DNA of 64,000 bases, from positions 128,001 through 192,000 of the forward strand of contig CAVTBV010000009.1 in the NCBI GenBank assembly GCA_963733095.1, given 5' to 3'. The translations under genes and the position numbers were made by a program. The notes beneath the pieces are model-generated. The model had not been told where the DNA came from, did not search any database, and was given only the letters and a program-made list of their open reading frames with translations. Of the stretch, positions 1-9,743 are shown in pieces; positions within the stretch are counted from its first letter, which is position 1, and each line of letters opens with the position of its first letter. This stretch comes from Candidatus Bathyarchaeota archaeon. Its GTDB lineage: Archaea; Thermoproteota; Bathyarchaeia; Bathyarchaeales; Bathycorpusculaceae.

Positions 1-359
1 ACCGCGGGAGACGTGTATATTTTAGCGCTGGCTGAGAAGTTCCAGATTTTTGTTCCATCCTTAGCATTCAGAGCATAGAGGTCGTTGTTTGAAGTGTTAA
101 AGTATCCTTTGTCGGAAGAAGTAAAGTAGACTACGCCGTTGACTATCGCTGGGGAAGATAGCACCCATCCGTTTGTGTTGAAAGTCCAGAGAGTCTGGTT
201 TGTGCTGGGTCCATTAGCATCAACATAGCCAGTGTGTGCTACGTCATGGTGGAACATCGGCCAAGATTCATCGCCTTGAGCGTTAACAGTGATTGAAACC
301 GATAAAATAGCTGATAAGCAGAGAATTGTCAAAGTTAATACCGCATAAAATTTTTTCAT
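1..359 (-). CDS. PQQ-binding-like beta-propeller repeat secreted protein (5' part; runs off window start)
   Basis: Manual translation MKKFYAVLTLTILCLSAILSVSITVNAQGDESWPMFHHDVAHTG...WTFNTNGWVLSSPAIVNGVVY...LYALNAKDGTKIW; signal peptide, WPMF motif and PQQ repeats. Confidence 0.85.
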   Translation of the reverse strand, partial: MKKFYAVLTLTILCLSAILSVSITVNAQGDESWPMFHHDVAHTGYVDANGPSTNQTLWTFNTNGWVLSSPAIVNGVVYFTSSDKGYFNTSNNDLYALNAKDGTKIWNFSASAKIYTSPA

Positions 360-544
360 AAACAATCAACTTACTATGTACAACTAGCTGTCTTTTGGAT
401 TTATATATTGCCCCTGAAACGTAAGGGCTTTTAGTTTTTTAATTTTGGTTGTTGGGTGTGTGCAGTCACATATTTTTAATAACTATCCAATCGCTAAGGT
501 ACTTGTTTTATGCCTGTCCGATTTTATGTCGGAGGTGAATGTTT

Positions 545-715
545 ATGACTGAAAATAATGACTGTTCTGATTGCAAGAGCACAGCGCCCCGAGTGACTGT
601 TCCTGAGCCTGAAATGACCAAGGACAAAAAATTCAAGTGCCCCATCGACCAAGAAGTTTACGATAACCGCCATGATTACAAGACGCACTGCAAAGAAGAA
701 CATGATGTCCTATAA
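545..715 (+). CDS. 56-aa C2H2-like zinc-finger microprotein
   Basis: MTENNDCSDCKSTAPRVTVPEPEMTKDKKFKCPIDQEVYDNRHDYKTHCKEEHDVL; SD GGAGGTGA just upstream; not in the ORF track. Confidence 0.7.
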   Translation: MTENNDCSDCKSTAPRVTVPEPEMTKDKKFKCPIDQEVYDNRHDYKTHCKEEHDVL

Positions 716-775
716 ACGTGTAAACTACAATTTGACTAAAGTTGTGAATAGGTCCTGTATGGAGCGCATGGCTGC

Positions 776-931
776 CTAACGGATTGCTTCATCTATTTTT
801 TGGTCACGTTTTGTTCGGGTGACTTCTTTGAATAGTTCCAAGCATTCTTCTTTTGTTGGCGCCTCAATGCCTATACTGCCATAGGCACCTATGTCGATTC
901 TGTATTTTCTTTTGTCTTCACTTTGGCTCAT
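776..931 (-). CDS. 51-aa hypothetical protein
   Basis: MSQSEDKRKYRIDIGAYGSIGIEAPTKEECLELFKEVTRTKRDQKIDEAIR; purine-rich GGGGAGAGGGG upstream; co-oriented with the upstream operon. Confidence 0.55.
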   Translation of the reverse strand: MSQSEDKRKYRIDIGAYGSIGIEAPTKEECLELFKEVTRTKRDQKIDEAIR

Positions 932-979
932 TTTAGCCCCTCTCCCCTTTCAATAGAGTTCAATTATCCATGTACACAA

Positions 980-1762
980 TTATAAGGTTAATGTATGATC
1001 ACTCAGTAAATCGAGGCTCTTTTTAGCATTAAAAACCACAAAAACCGAATTCCTCAGATACCTGCCCATAATCCCGACCAAACCAGCAGCGTTAGTTCCA
1101 AGTTTACAAGTAAGAGCATGCTCAAACATCCCCAAAGTCTCAACGTCAATCACATCCCGAGTCAACCGAGTTCGCTCAAGCACGTTATCGATCATTTCCT
1201 TTGAGGCGCCCAAAATGATTAGCCTATCCAAAAGAGACAACTGCCAAGCATGAAGCTTCTCAACCTGCTCCTCAGAAAGTTCAGCCTGAAACTCTTCAAC
1301 TTCACCAGTAATTGGGGGAACCGGTTTTATGCTTAATGGGGCGCGTTCCGCCAAAGCAAAAGTTTCTGCGATTTTTTTCAAATCAGCTTTTCTACCCTCG
1401 AATAGCTGAGCTTGCAAAGAAGCCAAAGAAACAGTTGCCAAAACTATTTTGGGTTCAAAAATCCCAACATCCACAACCAACTCTTGCTTGCCAAAGTCAA
1501 CCTTAGAAACATACCCTCTAAGCACAGGATAGTTTTTGGCGTTTTCAAGGCTTACGGGGCAGGTGCCTATTTCCCTTTTGATGTAGCTTTTGGCTACGGC
1601 TTCGTCTTCACCTGAAAGCGAAACCTGAATCCACCTATTCGCCGGGTTTGTTAAAACTTGAACTTCAACGTCTAGATTTTCAAACTGGTTTTTGAGTAAT
1701 TCATCTATTTGCTTTGCTTGCCCAAGGTTGGAGGCTTTAACTAGTAAAGTTAATGTTGTCAT
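980..1762 (-). CDS. DUF2110-like conserved archaeal protein
   Basis: 260 aa, overlaps the HD gene by 4 nt; C-terminal LTCKLGTNAAGLV motif; usual neighbour of tfe/trm56. Confidence 0.65.
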   Translation of the reverse strand: MTTLTLLVKASNLGQAKQIDELLKNQFENLDVEVQVLTNPANRWIQVSLSGEDEAVAKSYIKREIGTCPVSLENAKNYPVLRGYVSKVDFGKQELVVDVGIFEPKIVLATVSLASLQAQLFEGRKADLKKIAETFALAERAPLSIKPVPPITGEVEEFQAELSEEQVEKLHAWQLSLLDRLIILGASKEMIDNVLERTRLTRDVIDVETLGMFEHALTCKLGTNAAGLVGIMGRYLRNSVFVVFNAKKSLDLLSDHTLTL

Positions 1763-2289
1763 GGTTTGGTTCCTAGTAGACTGGTTATTTCTTCATGCAG
1801 CTTTCTAACTCTATCTGCTGCTTCAAACTTATTTTTCTTCTGCAGCCGGGCAATCTCCAATTCAATCGGAGCCCGTTTTGATCTATCGATTAGCTTGTCG
1901 GCGTAACAAACAACCTTCTCCTCCAGCGTTTGAGGAGCATAGATGTCTCTTGGCCAGCCAAACTTTGCTGCTTCTTGGGCGGTGATTCCGGCGCCGACAT
2001 GCCGCTTAATTATGTTGATTACGGGTTCTGGTAAGCCCATATTTTGGGCTATTTGTGCTCCGACCAATGAGTGGTCAACGCCATGGGTTTTTGATCGTCC
2101 GAGATCATGCAAAAGTGCACCCGCCTCAACCAACGGAATGTCAATTTTATAGCCTTTCTCTTCAAGTTTGCCTGCAGTTTCCACAGCCAAGCCCGCAACG
2201 GCTACACAGTGGCGTATAACTTGGGGTGGACAGTGGTTTTTGCAGAGAAGTTCAATAGCTTGCTCCCTGCTCGGAAGCCTGCTACTCAC
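1759..2289 (-). CDS. HD-domain phosphohydrolase (TIGR00295-like)
   Basis: HC..V, ALLHDLGR, IKRHVGAG, EEKVVCYADK motifs. Confidence 0.9.
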   Translation of the reverse strand: MSSRLPSREQAIELLCKNHCPPQVIRHCVAVAGLAVETAGKLEEKGYKIDIPLVEAGALLHDLGRSKTHGVDHSLVGAQIAQNMGLPEPVINIIKRHVGAGITAQEAAKFGWPRDIYAPQTLEEKVVCYADKLIDRSKRAPIELEIARLQKKNKFEAADRVRKLHEEITSLLGTKP

Positions 2290-2794
2290 CCAGTTCCTTC
2301 CTTAAAATCTCAACTTTCTCTGAAAGTCTACTTATCATTCTATCGTTTTCAAAATGCACCAGATTTTTACCGCACGTGGAACAATGGAACACCAGTTCAA
2401 CGGCTTCTTCGAACGGAACCCGTTTGCATTCCGGGCTGTCGCAATAATAGAAGTCATGGTTTCTTTCGTACTCTAATCGGACATTGAGTTTTTCTAAAAC
2501 ACGCCTTTTCTGGCTTAAAATGAAGCCTTCAAGTTGGTCGGGCTGCAGTTTCCAATGAAAAATAAACCATCCAGTTTTTGGGTCACGTGTCCTTCGCAGA
2601 CTAACAAGAGAATGGTCATAGAGTTTGTAGAGGATTTTGCGGACTGAATTGAGTCGGATGCCTGTTTTATTCGCGATTTCATCATCCGTTATCTCTTCTA
2701 CGCCTTTGAGATGAGATATAAGTTGTACTGCTTCTTCTCCACCTAACGCCAAAGCCACTTTCGTTAAGGTTGAATCATCAATAGTCGATAACAT
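2282..2794 (-). CDS. tfe: Transcription factor E alpha subunit
   Basis: wHTH (TDDEIA...VRKILYKL...TGWFIFHW) plus zinc ribbon (C..PEC...FEEA..F.CSTCG). Confidence 0.95.
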   Translation of the reverse strand: MLSTIDDSTLTKVALALGGEEAVQLISHLKGVEEITDDEIANKTGIRLNSVRKILYKLYDHSLVSLRRTRDPKTGWFIFHWKLQPDQLEGFILSQKRRVLEKLNVRLEYERNHDFYYCDSPECKRVPFEEAVELVFHCSTCGKNLVHFENDRMISRLSEKVEILRKELGE

Positions 2795-2856
2795 ACTCTA
2801 CTTTTCCTTTTTATACCCATAATATTGGAACATGCTGGAATAAAACCCTTCCCAAA

Positions 2857-3456
2857 TCAATAAGGTAAATTCACGTTGTTGGTGTGGCTTCTGATTTCTT
2901 TGCCTCTCTCTTTGGGGACAATTTCGATCTTGGCTTTATCAAAGGGTTTACCTAATTCTTTGCCTTCAAAGTAACGGTCCAAAAAAATGGCAAGCGAGGA
3001 ACACTCCGAATGCGGCTGATTTCCAACCGCCACATTAAAGTCTGAGACCTCGCTTGAGTAAAATTCGCCGGGAACCTTCTGGCTTCCCATAAGAAGCATC
3101 ACGTCCTTGTTTGAGGCTTTGATTCTTTTCATTACATCGCTGGTTTGGATATTTTCGCCATAAGCTGTCAAGTGGACTATGACTCCGCCTTTAGCTTTCC
3201 ATTCGCGCACGGCTCTTTTCCAGGGCGTTCCCATCTCAAAATAAAAGTTTCCGCCCCACGTTTTGGTAATTTTGGTGACGGTTTCCTGGATGTGCGAGTC
3301 GAGCGAGTCTGAGAGTATAAAGCCTGATGCACAAAGTGCACGGGCGGTTAGGGCAACATGAGTGGTTAACCTTACGTCGCGCTGTGGTCTGTGACCCCAT
3401 CGTAGCACAAAAATCTGGGGCGCCTCATTGGGCTGGGATGATTTGGAATCTTCCAT
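2857..3456 (-). CDS. trm56: tRNA (cytidine(56)-2'-O)-methyltransferase
   Basis: LRWGHRPQRDVRLTTHVALTARA, HLTAYG, GSQKVP, NQPHSE motifs. Confidence 0.95.
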   Translation of the reverse strand: MEDSKSSQPNEAPQIFVLRWGHRPQRDVRLTTHVALTARALCASGFILSDSLDSHIQETVTKITKTWGGNFYFEMGTPWKRAVREWKAKGGVIVHLTAYGENIQTSDVMKRIKASNKDVMLLMGSQKVPGEFYSSEVSDFNVAVGNQPHSECSSLAIFLDRYFEGKELGKPFDKAKIEIVPKERGKEIRSHTNNVNLPY

Positions 3457-4693
3457 TTAACTCTTCCACTTTTCTTCTGACTTGCTCAACCAACGACGGG
3501 GCAGATTCAAAAACCACTTCAACCGTCTCATTAGTAAAGATCTCTTTTTCAATGTGCGTTTTTTGGTGAACCCAAGAGATAAAAGGCATTGCCTTGCCTG
3601 TTAACGGGACAGAAAACTGGGCTTGCTGATAGTTTTCTAGGATTCGCAGAATTTGTTTTCTTAATTCATCAAGGTTTGTTTGGCATTTAGCTGAGAGGAG
3701 GATTGGGTTTTTGACTTTGTCTTTGAGGGCTTCAAGTTTCTGTTGTTGGGCGTCGGGGGTTAGTTTGTCGATTTTGTTTAGGGCTGTTATGGTTGGTATG
3801 TCGCATGCGCCGAGGCGCTCGATTGTTTCGAGGCAAACGTCGTTTTTCTTCTCGATTGTTTCGATAGGCTCGTTTAAGTCTATTAAGATAATTATCAGAT
3901 CGGAGAAGATGGTTTCTTCGAGGGTTGAATGGAATGCTTCAATGAGTGATATGGGTAAGCGGTCGATGAAGCCTACAGTATCTGTGATGAGGAATTTGCG
4001 GTTTGAGAACTCCACCATCCGCGTTGTGGTTGAAAGCGTTGTAAATAAGGCGTTGTCCACTTCGACTGTGTCCTGCGTTAATGCGTTGAAAAGGCTGCTT
4101 TTTCCAGCGTTAGTGTATCCTGCAAGCGAAACAGTGAGAAAACCAAGCTCTGTTCTTCTTTCCCGTTGCAGAATTCTTTTTTCCCGAACATGCTCGAGTT
4201 TTTTGAGGATAGTTTGAACTTGTCGTTTTATGGCGTCTCTGTAAACGTCTGCTTCGTAAGCGCCAAGACCCATGAAGCCTGGTTGTTCGCTACCTTTGGA
4301 TAAGCGCACTTTTTCTCTAGCGTGTTTTAGTTCATTTCGCACTATTGCCAGCTGTATTTGCAGTTGCGCTTCGGTTGTTGTGGCACGTTTTGTGAAGATT
4401 TCTAAGATAAGTTGGAAGCGGTCGATGACTTCGACTTTGGTTGCTTTTGCAAGGTTGTAGACTTGTGTTGTGCGGAGTTGGTTATCAAAAATTACTTTTG
4501 TTGCGCCGGTTTCCTCGACCATTCGGGATAATTCTTCGACTTTGCCCGTGCCAATCTGGTAACGTGAGTCGGGGGGGCGGGTCTGCTCCATCGTGCCGAC
4601 AACGGTGTAGCCAGCAGCTTGGGCTAATGCTTTGAGTTCATCTAAGGTTGACTCTTCACGGTTCAGTCTGCGTTGAGCTATGATGGCTTTCGT
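3425..4693 (-). CDS. hflX: GTPase HflX (N-terminus extends past the track ATG at 4591; start uncertain)
   Basis: GYTNAGKS, LFTTL, DTVGFI, NKID motifs. In-frame upstream KAIIAQRR..STLDELKALAQAAGYTVVG matches the HflX N-terminus. Confidence 0.92.
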   Translation of the reverse strand, partial: TKAIIAQRRLNREESTLDELKALAQAAGYTVVGTMEQTRPPDSRYQIGTGKVEELSRMVEETGATKVIFDNQLRTTQVYNLAKATKVEVIDRFQLILEIFTKRATTTEAQLQIQLAIVRNELKHAREKVRLSKGSEQPGFMGLGAYEADVYRDAIKRQVQTILKKLEHVREKRILQRERRTELGFLTVSLAGYTNAGKSSLFNALTQDTVEVDNALFTTLSTTTRMVEFSNRKFLITDTVGFIDRLPISLIEAFHSTLEETIFSDLIIILIDLNEPIETIEKKNDVCLETIERLGACDIPTITALNKIDKLTPDAQQQKLEALKDKVKNPILLSAKCQTNLDELRKQILRILENYQQAQFSVPLTGKAMPFISWVHQKTHIEKEIFTNETVEVVFESAPSLVEQVRRKVEELNGRFQIIPAQ

Positions 4694-5244
4694 TTTGTGG
4701 GCTCCTCCCCGCTGTTCTTAAATTCGACGAGGTCCCCTAAAGTCATTTCTTCATTTGCAGCTGCCCTATGAACTTGAGTGGTGGATTTTTCGTCCGCTAT
4801 TGGAACCATCAACTGGATTCTGAGAGCATGCTCCAGCTTGCTGGCTAACTGGTTATTGGGCGCCACCTTGCCTGTTTCGATGTGTCTAAGCAATGAGGCT
4901 TTTTCGTTGATTTTTTTGCCCAAATCTTCGTGGCTTAGGGCAAGCTTTTCTCTTGCAACCCGAATCTTTCCTGCGAACCCATCGACGAGTTCCGTGGTAA
5001 GTTGCACTTGAGTGATAGGTGGCTTTTTCAGAATAACTGGGAGGTGCATCGTTGATTTGGTTGAAGATGAAGATGGGTAACTGGTTACAGTGGTTCTTTG
5101 GGGCGCAGCAGGGAAATCTGCTACTTCATGCAGGATTACTTTTCCATGTTTGGAACACTCTAAACAGACGGTTAATCTGGCTCCTTCAATAACTGCTTTT
5201 ACTGGTTCATCATGTATTTTGCGTCCACAAACTTCACATCTCAA
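4678..5244 (-). CDS. mbf1: Archaeal multiprotein bridging factor 1
   Basis: N-terminal CEVCG..IEGA.L.VC..C zinc ribbon, HTH_3 domain and TLGD tail. Confidence 0.95.
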   Translation of the reverse strand: MRCEVCGRKIHDEPVKAVIEGARLTVCLECSKHGKVILHEVADFPAAPQRTTVTSYPSSSSTKSTMHLPVILKKPPITQVQLTTELVDGFAGKIRVAREKLALSHEDLGKKINEKASLLRHIETGKVAPNNQLASKLEHALRIQLMVPIADEKSTTQVHRAAANEEMTLGDLVEFKNSGEEPTKRKPS

Positions 5245-5324
5245 GAAACGTCACCTTTCACTGTGTTTATTATGTTGTTGTGTTTATACTTGTCGAAACA
5301 ACACCCCCTAAACGATGATGATGC

Positions 5325-5792
5325 ATGGAAGACAACTTGGCTAAAATAAGGAGCATTGCGGATTACCAATTTGGTAAGGGCGTAGGTGCACTCCTGTTTC
5401 CCGACAACATTGAAATCCAATATTCTCCGCGGACAGGCAGAATACGCTACATTAACCTCGACGGCGAGCGGTTGGCTACGTTGCGCCCCACCGACGGCGT
5501 GCTTTCATTAAGCCTCAAAGCCGCCCAGTTTATGGCACAAAGCACTCCTTTCGCCAAATGCTTTGTTACTGTTAAAAATGATGTTTCCAAGTTCATTGCT
5601 GCAGGAGGCGACGTTTTTGCAGTTCATGTTGTTAAGGTTGATGAGGAAGTAGGTGCCAAAGACGAAGTCATAGCACTCGACGAGAACGGGCAAGTTTTAG
5701 CAGTTGGACGCACCGTCCTCTCCAGCGACGAAATTAAAGCTTTCAAAACAGGAGTAGCCGTCAAGGTCAGACACGGTAGCCAGAAAAGTTAA
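5325..5792 (+). CDS. PUA-domain protein (archaeosine TGT C-terminal-like)
   Basis: IADYQFG, TGRIR, ATLR..DG, GVAVKVRHG motifs. Confidence 0.85.
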   Translation: MEDNLAKIRSIADYQFGKGVGALLFPDNIEIQYSPRTGRIRYINLDGERLATLRPTDGVLSLSLKAAQFMAQSTPFAKCFVTVKNDVSKFIAAGGDVFAVHVVKVDEEVGAKDEVIALDENGQVLAVGRTVLSSDEIKAFKTGVAVKVRHGSQKS

Positions 5793-6181
5793 ATTATCAC
5801 CTGTTTCGTTTTGGTTCAACTTAAAGCCAAGAAGACCTTATTTATTAAAATGGGTTTCAATGATTCTATACTGTCGCAAAATTAAAAAATGCATATAATC
5901 CATTACTTTTTTGGCTTTTATAGGGATCCGAATGGATTCATAGTTGAGAGTTTTTATTTCTCGATTTGAAAACCTAACCATCGCGAGATGTCAAGTTAAT
6001 TTTAACTAATTTGCAAAAAGCTACAGGACGAATTTACGGTGTACCCTGCCACTTTTATACTTTTCCAAAACTATTTAAATTTAAACATTCTATCTATAAA
6101 AGGTTGAGAAAAGCTATTTTCTGAAATTTTTTTTACACTTTCTCAACTAAAAATAAAAAATGAAAGGAAGAAAAAAACAAA

Positions 6182-8881
6182 ATGAATATGCGAAATCTAA
6201 CGAACAAAAATAGCGCTATTTTAGTCATTGTGCTTATGATCGTTTCAATGGTATCAGTAATTGCATCACAAACAGGAAATGTGCAGGCCGCAAATACTAT
6301 TCCAACATATGCGTACATTAACGTAGCTCCTAACCCCTGCGGCGTTGGTCAAACAGTGACAGTTAACTTCTGGCTTGCTGTACCAAACGCAGACCAAGAG
6401 CTTGTCACAAACATGACAGTTCTTATAACTCATCCAGATGGAACCACTGAGACACTTGGACCATTTACCTCAGATCTAACTGGCGGCACATATACTCATT
6501 ACACTCCAAACTCACTGGGTAACTATTCATTCCAATTCATATACGGCGGACAAACACTCATCGGAGCCCCTAACGCTTTCGGAGGCCCTACATTTGCAGG
6601 ATACGTTAACCTACCGAGCAAAAGTGCACCCGTAACTCTTTTAGTGCAACAAAGTCCAGCGACCGGCATTCCATTTACTCCACTTCCATCAAACTGGTGG
6701 CAGACTCCAATTAACGCTGAAAACGTTCAAAATTGGGCTTCCATAGGTGGAGGATGGATGGGATACGCTGCAAACACTTTCGCAATAACAGGCGGATATA
6801 ATGCTACCGGCAACTATAACCCATACACTACGGCCCCAACCACCGCCCATATACTTTGGACGAAGCCTTGGTGTATAGGAGGCGTAGCTGGTAGAGAACT
6901 TGGAAATGACGAACAAAACAGCGCATTTTGGACAACCTCGCAGTACAACCCCAAATTTGCGCCAGTCATAATGAACGGCATACTATACTCAACATGGTAC
7001 ACTACTACCACAAGCAGTCAACAAGGAATTATGGCCACAAACTTGTATACTGGAGCAACTATGTGGGTAATAAACACAACTAATCCACTAAGATGCGGTA
7101 TGATGGTCAACTTTGAAAACATAAACCAATATGGCGTTGTTGGTCCATATATCATTGCCCAAGAGGGCGGCGGTGGCATATTTGGCGGTGGAACAATCAA
7201 CTGGCTATTGTATGATGCCATGACAGGACAATACCTCTGCAAAATTGCCAACGCTCCAAGTTTCGTTTTCCTTGGTCAAGACGCGAATGGAAACATTATT
7301 GGTTATGCATTCAACAACACTGCTGGCACAATGCTCGCATACCCTAACGGACGATTTGGTGCGTTCGGCAATCCAATTCCTGGAGTATCCTATACCATTA
7401 AGAACACCACTACCTATGGACCCGCTTTGGAAATGTTCAACTTGACAGCAGCTATGCAGCAAACCGCTTTGAACTGGGGGATCTCACAAGGCACCGTATA
7501 TCAGTGGCAAGACGGACTAGAGTGGGTTGTTCAATCATTACCCCCTGTTGTTAACGGCATTGTCACGACAGGTCTGGGCACTTCTGCTTTCGGCTATTCA
7601 GCGTGGTCAGGTGATACGCTAGTCATGACTACCGGTGCAACTTCTGTCCAAGAAAACCTAGGATGGCAAGTCGAAGCAGGCTTTAGCACAAAAGATGGCT
7701 CATTGTTGTGGATACAAAACAGGACCGGAGGCGTATTCTCGCCTTTCACAAGAACAAACGGTCCGCCTTCAGCAGCAGCAGGAGTCTACGTTGAAATAAA
7801 CTTTGCAACATATGACATGGAGGCTTTCTCTCTAGCTACAGGTCAAAAAGTATGGGAAAATAGCCTCAACGTGCCAATGGCTAACGGTAAAATGCCAAAC
7901 ACCTACGACGAGTACGGCTTCCGATGTGTCCCAGACACAACCAACGGCGTATTGTACACTTGGGCATTAGGCGGAGATGTTTGGGCTGTTAACCTTACGA
8001 ATGGCGACATCATTTGGTCCTTTAGTACTGAACAGGTTAATGGAGATGCAGGCACTGAAACACCCTACGGTATCTACCCAATATGGGTCTTCTCTTGCGA
8101 AGCTTTGGCTGGTAGCCCGAGCCCAATACTATATCTCTCTGAAGGTCACGAATACAGTCCACCACTATTCCACAACGCACATAGATTTGCACTAAATGGC
8201 ACAACTGGAGAACTAATTTGGAGCAATCTTGCTTTCGACGACACGGCAACAGCAGTAGCATACGGCGTATTGACGACATTCAACTCCTACGACGGACAGA
8301 TTTACGCTTACGCCAGAGGACCAAGCCAAACAACAGTTAGCGCACCACAGCTCGGTGTAACAACCGCTACACCCGTGACAATTACGGGTTCAGTAACTGA
8401 TGTCTCTGCAGGATCACAGCAAGAGGCAGTTGCAGCAAACTTCCCCAACGGATTACCCTGTGTTTCCGATGACAGCATGACTCATTTCATGGAATCCGTA
8501 TATGAGCAACAGGAAATGCCACATAACATCACTGGAGTCCCAGTAACAATATCTGTTACTGACTCTAACGGCAACTACAGAGATATCGGCACTGCTATGA
8601 GCAATGCATATGGTACATACAGCTTAACTTGGACCCCTGATATTCCAGGTGATTACACCGTTACTGCAACTTTTGAAGGGACAGGAGGCTATTATCCATC
8701 ATCGGCAGCAACTGCTTTCTACGCCAGCGAATCAACGGCGGCAACTCCAGGGCCAACAGCATCCACTTCAAACTTAGCAACGATATCAGATCTAATGACC
8801 TACATAATCGGTGCAGCAATCGCAATAATTATAGTAATCGTCATAGTTGGCATTGTAATAGTGACGCGGCTCAAAAAGTAA
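6182..8881 (+). CDS. Large secreted, membrane-anchored PQQ-like beta-propeller protein with Ig-like domains
   Basis: Signal peptide; PNPCGVGQ Ig-like start; propeller repeats (TG..MW, YDAMTG, NLTNGDIIW); WTPDIPG.Y; Thr-rich linker; C-terminal TM helix ending RLKK. Confidence 0.8.
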   Translation: MNMRNLTNKNSAILVIVLMIVSMVSVIASQTGNVQAANTIPTYAYINVAPNPCGVGQTVTVNFWLAVPNADQELVTNMTVLITHPDGTTETLGPFTSDLTGGTYTHYTPNSLGNYSFQFIYGGQTLIGAPNAFGGPTFAGYVNLPSKSAPVTLLVQQSPATGIPFTPLPSNWWQTPINAENVQNWASIGGGWMGYAANTFAITGGYNATGNYNPYTTAPTTAHILWTKPWCIGGVAGRELGNDEQNSAFWTTSQYNPKFAPVIMNGILYSTWYTTTTSSQQGIMATNLYTGATMWVINTTNPLRCGMMVNFENINQYGVVGPYIIAQEGGGGIFGGGTINWLLYDAMTGQYLCKIANAPSFVFLGQDANGNIIGYAFNNTAGTMLAYPNGRFGAFGNPIPGVSYTIKNTTTYGPALEMFNLTAAMQQTALNWGISQGTVYQWQDGLEWVVQSLPPVVNGIVTTGLGTSAFGYSAWSGDTLVMTTGATSVQENLGWQVEAGFSTKDGSLLWIQNRTGGVFSPFTRTNGPPSAAAGVYVEINFATYDMEAFSLATGQKVWENSLNVPMANGKMPNTYDEYGFRCVPDTTNGVLYTWALGGDVWAVNLTNGDIIWSFSTEQVNGDAGTETPYGIYPIWVFSCEALAGSPSPILYLSEGHEYSPPLFHNAHRFALNGTTGELIWSNLAFDDTATAVAYGVLTTFNSYDGQIYAYARGPSQTTVSAPQLGVTTATPVTITGSVTDVSAGSQQEAVAANFPNGLPCVSDDSMTHFMESVYEQQEMPHNITGVPVTISVTDSNGNYRDIGTAMSNAYGTYSLTWTPDIPGDYTVTATFEGTGGYYPSSAATAFYASESTAATPGPTASTSNLATISDLMTYIIGAAIAIIIVIVIVGIVIVTRLKK

Positions 8882-8910
8882 CGCAGGTTCAAAAACAAAT
8901 AAAATCTCAC

Positions 8911-8923
8911 TTTCTCTTTTTTT
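8911..8923 (+). terminator. Oligo-T terminator candidate
   Basis: TTTCTCTTTTTTT about 30 nt after the stop codon. Confidence 0.45.
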
Positions 8924-9208
8924 AGTAAAACGACCAAAAAATAGAAATCAATCTTGGATCTCAGATTGCTACAAGTATTCCTCGCTCTTTTGTCACTGCA
9001 ATTATGAAAAATAAAATGGTGTTTGTATGGTTATAAAAAAAATATGAAAGATGCAATCGGGATAATGAAAACTGACTATAGATATGTTTGTTAGATGGAT
9101 GAACCCAACTTTTGTTGGAATACAAACCTTATTTTGCGTTCTTAAAATCATTGTCATAAGGTTAAGTATATCAAGTTCTAGCGCAGAATACTTTGTGGTG
9201 TAACCTCT

Positions 9209-9577
9209 ATGCATAAACGCATGAATCCCAGAGAGCAAAAACGTATGATGCAACGCATGGGCATGAACATGGACTCCGTAGCCTACGTCCAACAAGTCAT
9301 CATCCGAACAGCAGACAAAGACATAGTTATCGATGAGCCTGAGGTGGCTATTTTGCAGGTTCAGGGACAGAAAATGTACCAAGTCATCGGTGGACAAGTC
9401 AGCGAACAAGCACCTTCACAAATAGGTGCTCCTATGGCGGCGGCTAAACCAGCCTTCAGTGAAGAAGACGTGCAACTCGTCGCGGACCAAACGGGCAAAA
9501 GCCTCGAAAAAGCCAAAGAAGCACTCCAAGAATGCGGCGGCGACCTAGCTAAAGCAATTCTATTGCTCCAGTCTTAA
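9209..9577 (+). CDS. nac: Nascent polypeptide-associated complex protein
   Basis: MNPR..KRMMQRMG NAC domain plus UBA-like EEDVQLVA...GDLAKAI. Confidence 0.95.
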   Translation: MHKRMNPREQKRMMQRMGMNMDSVAYVQQVIIRTADKDIVIDEPEVAILQVQGQKMYQVIGGQVSEQAPSQIGAPMAAAKPAFSEEDVQLVADQTGKSLEKAKEALQECGGDLAKAILLLQS

Positions 9578-9743
9578 CGTTATTTTCCCCATTGTTTTTG
9601 GCATTTCAGCTCTACTCAGTCATAATTGGAGCCGAACAGAGGTCTATGTTGAAACCATATAGGGGTAAACTTTTCACTAAGGCGGGCAGGTCAGTAATGA
9701 TTTTCTTTAAGCCGTTAGGGCGTTTAAAATAGGTTCTTTGTCT

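Noticed and set aside
9002-9409. 135-aa minus-strand ORF
   Set aside because: Antisense to nac and running into AT-rich intergenic DNA; no motif.
9651-9698. Similarity to 16101-16128 (AAAC..TATA..GGGTA and AGGTCAGTA)
   Set aside because: Short, partly promoter-like and differently spaced; not enough to call a shared operator.
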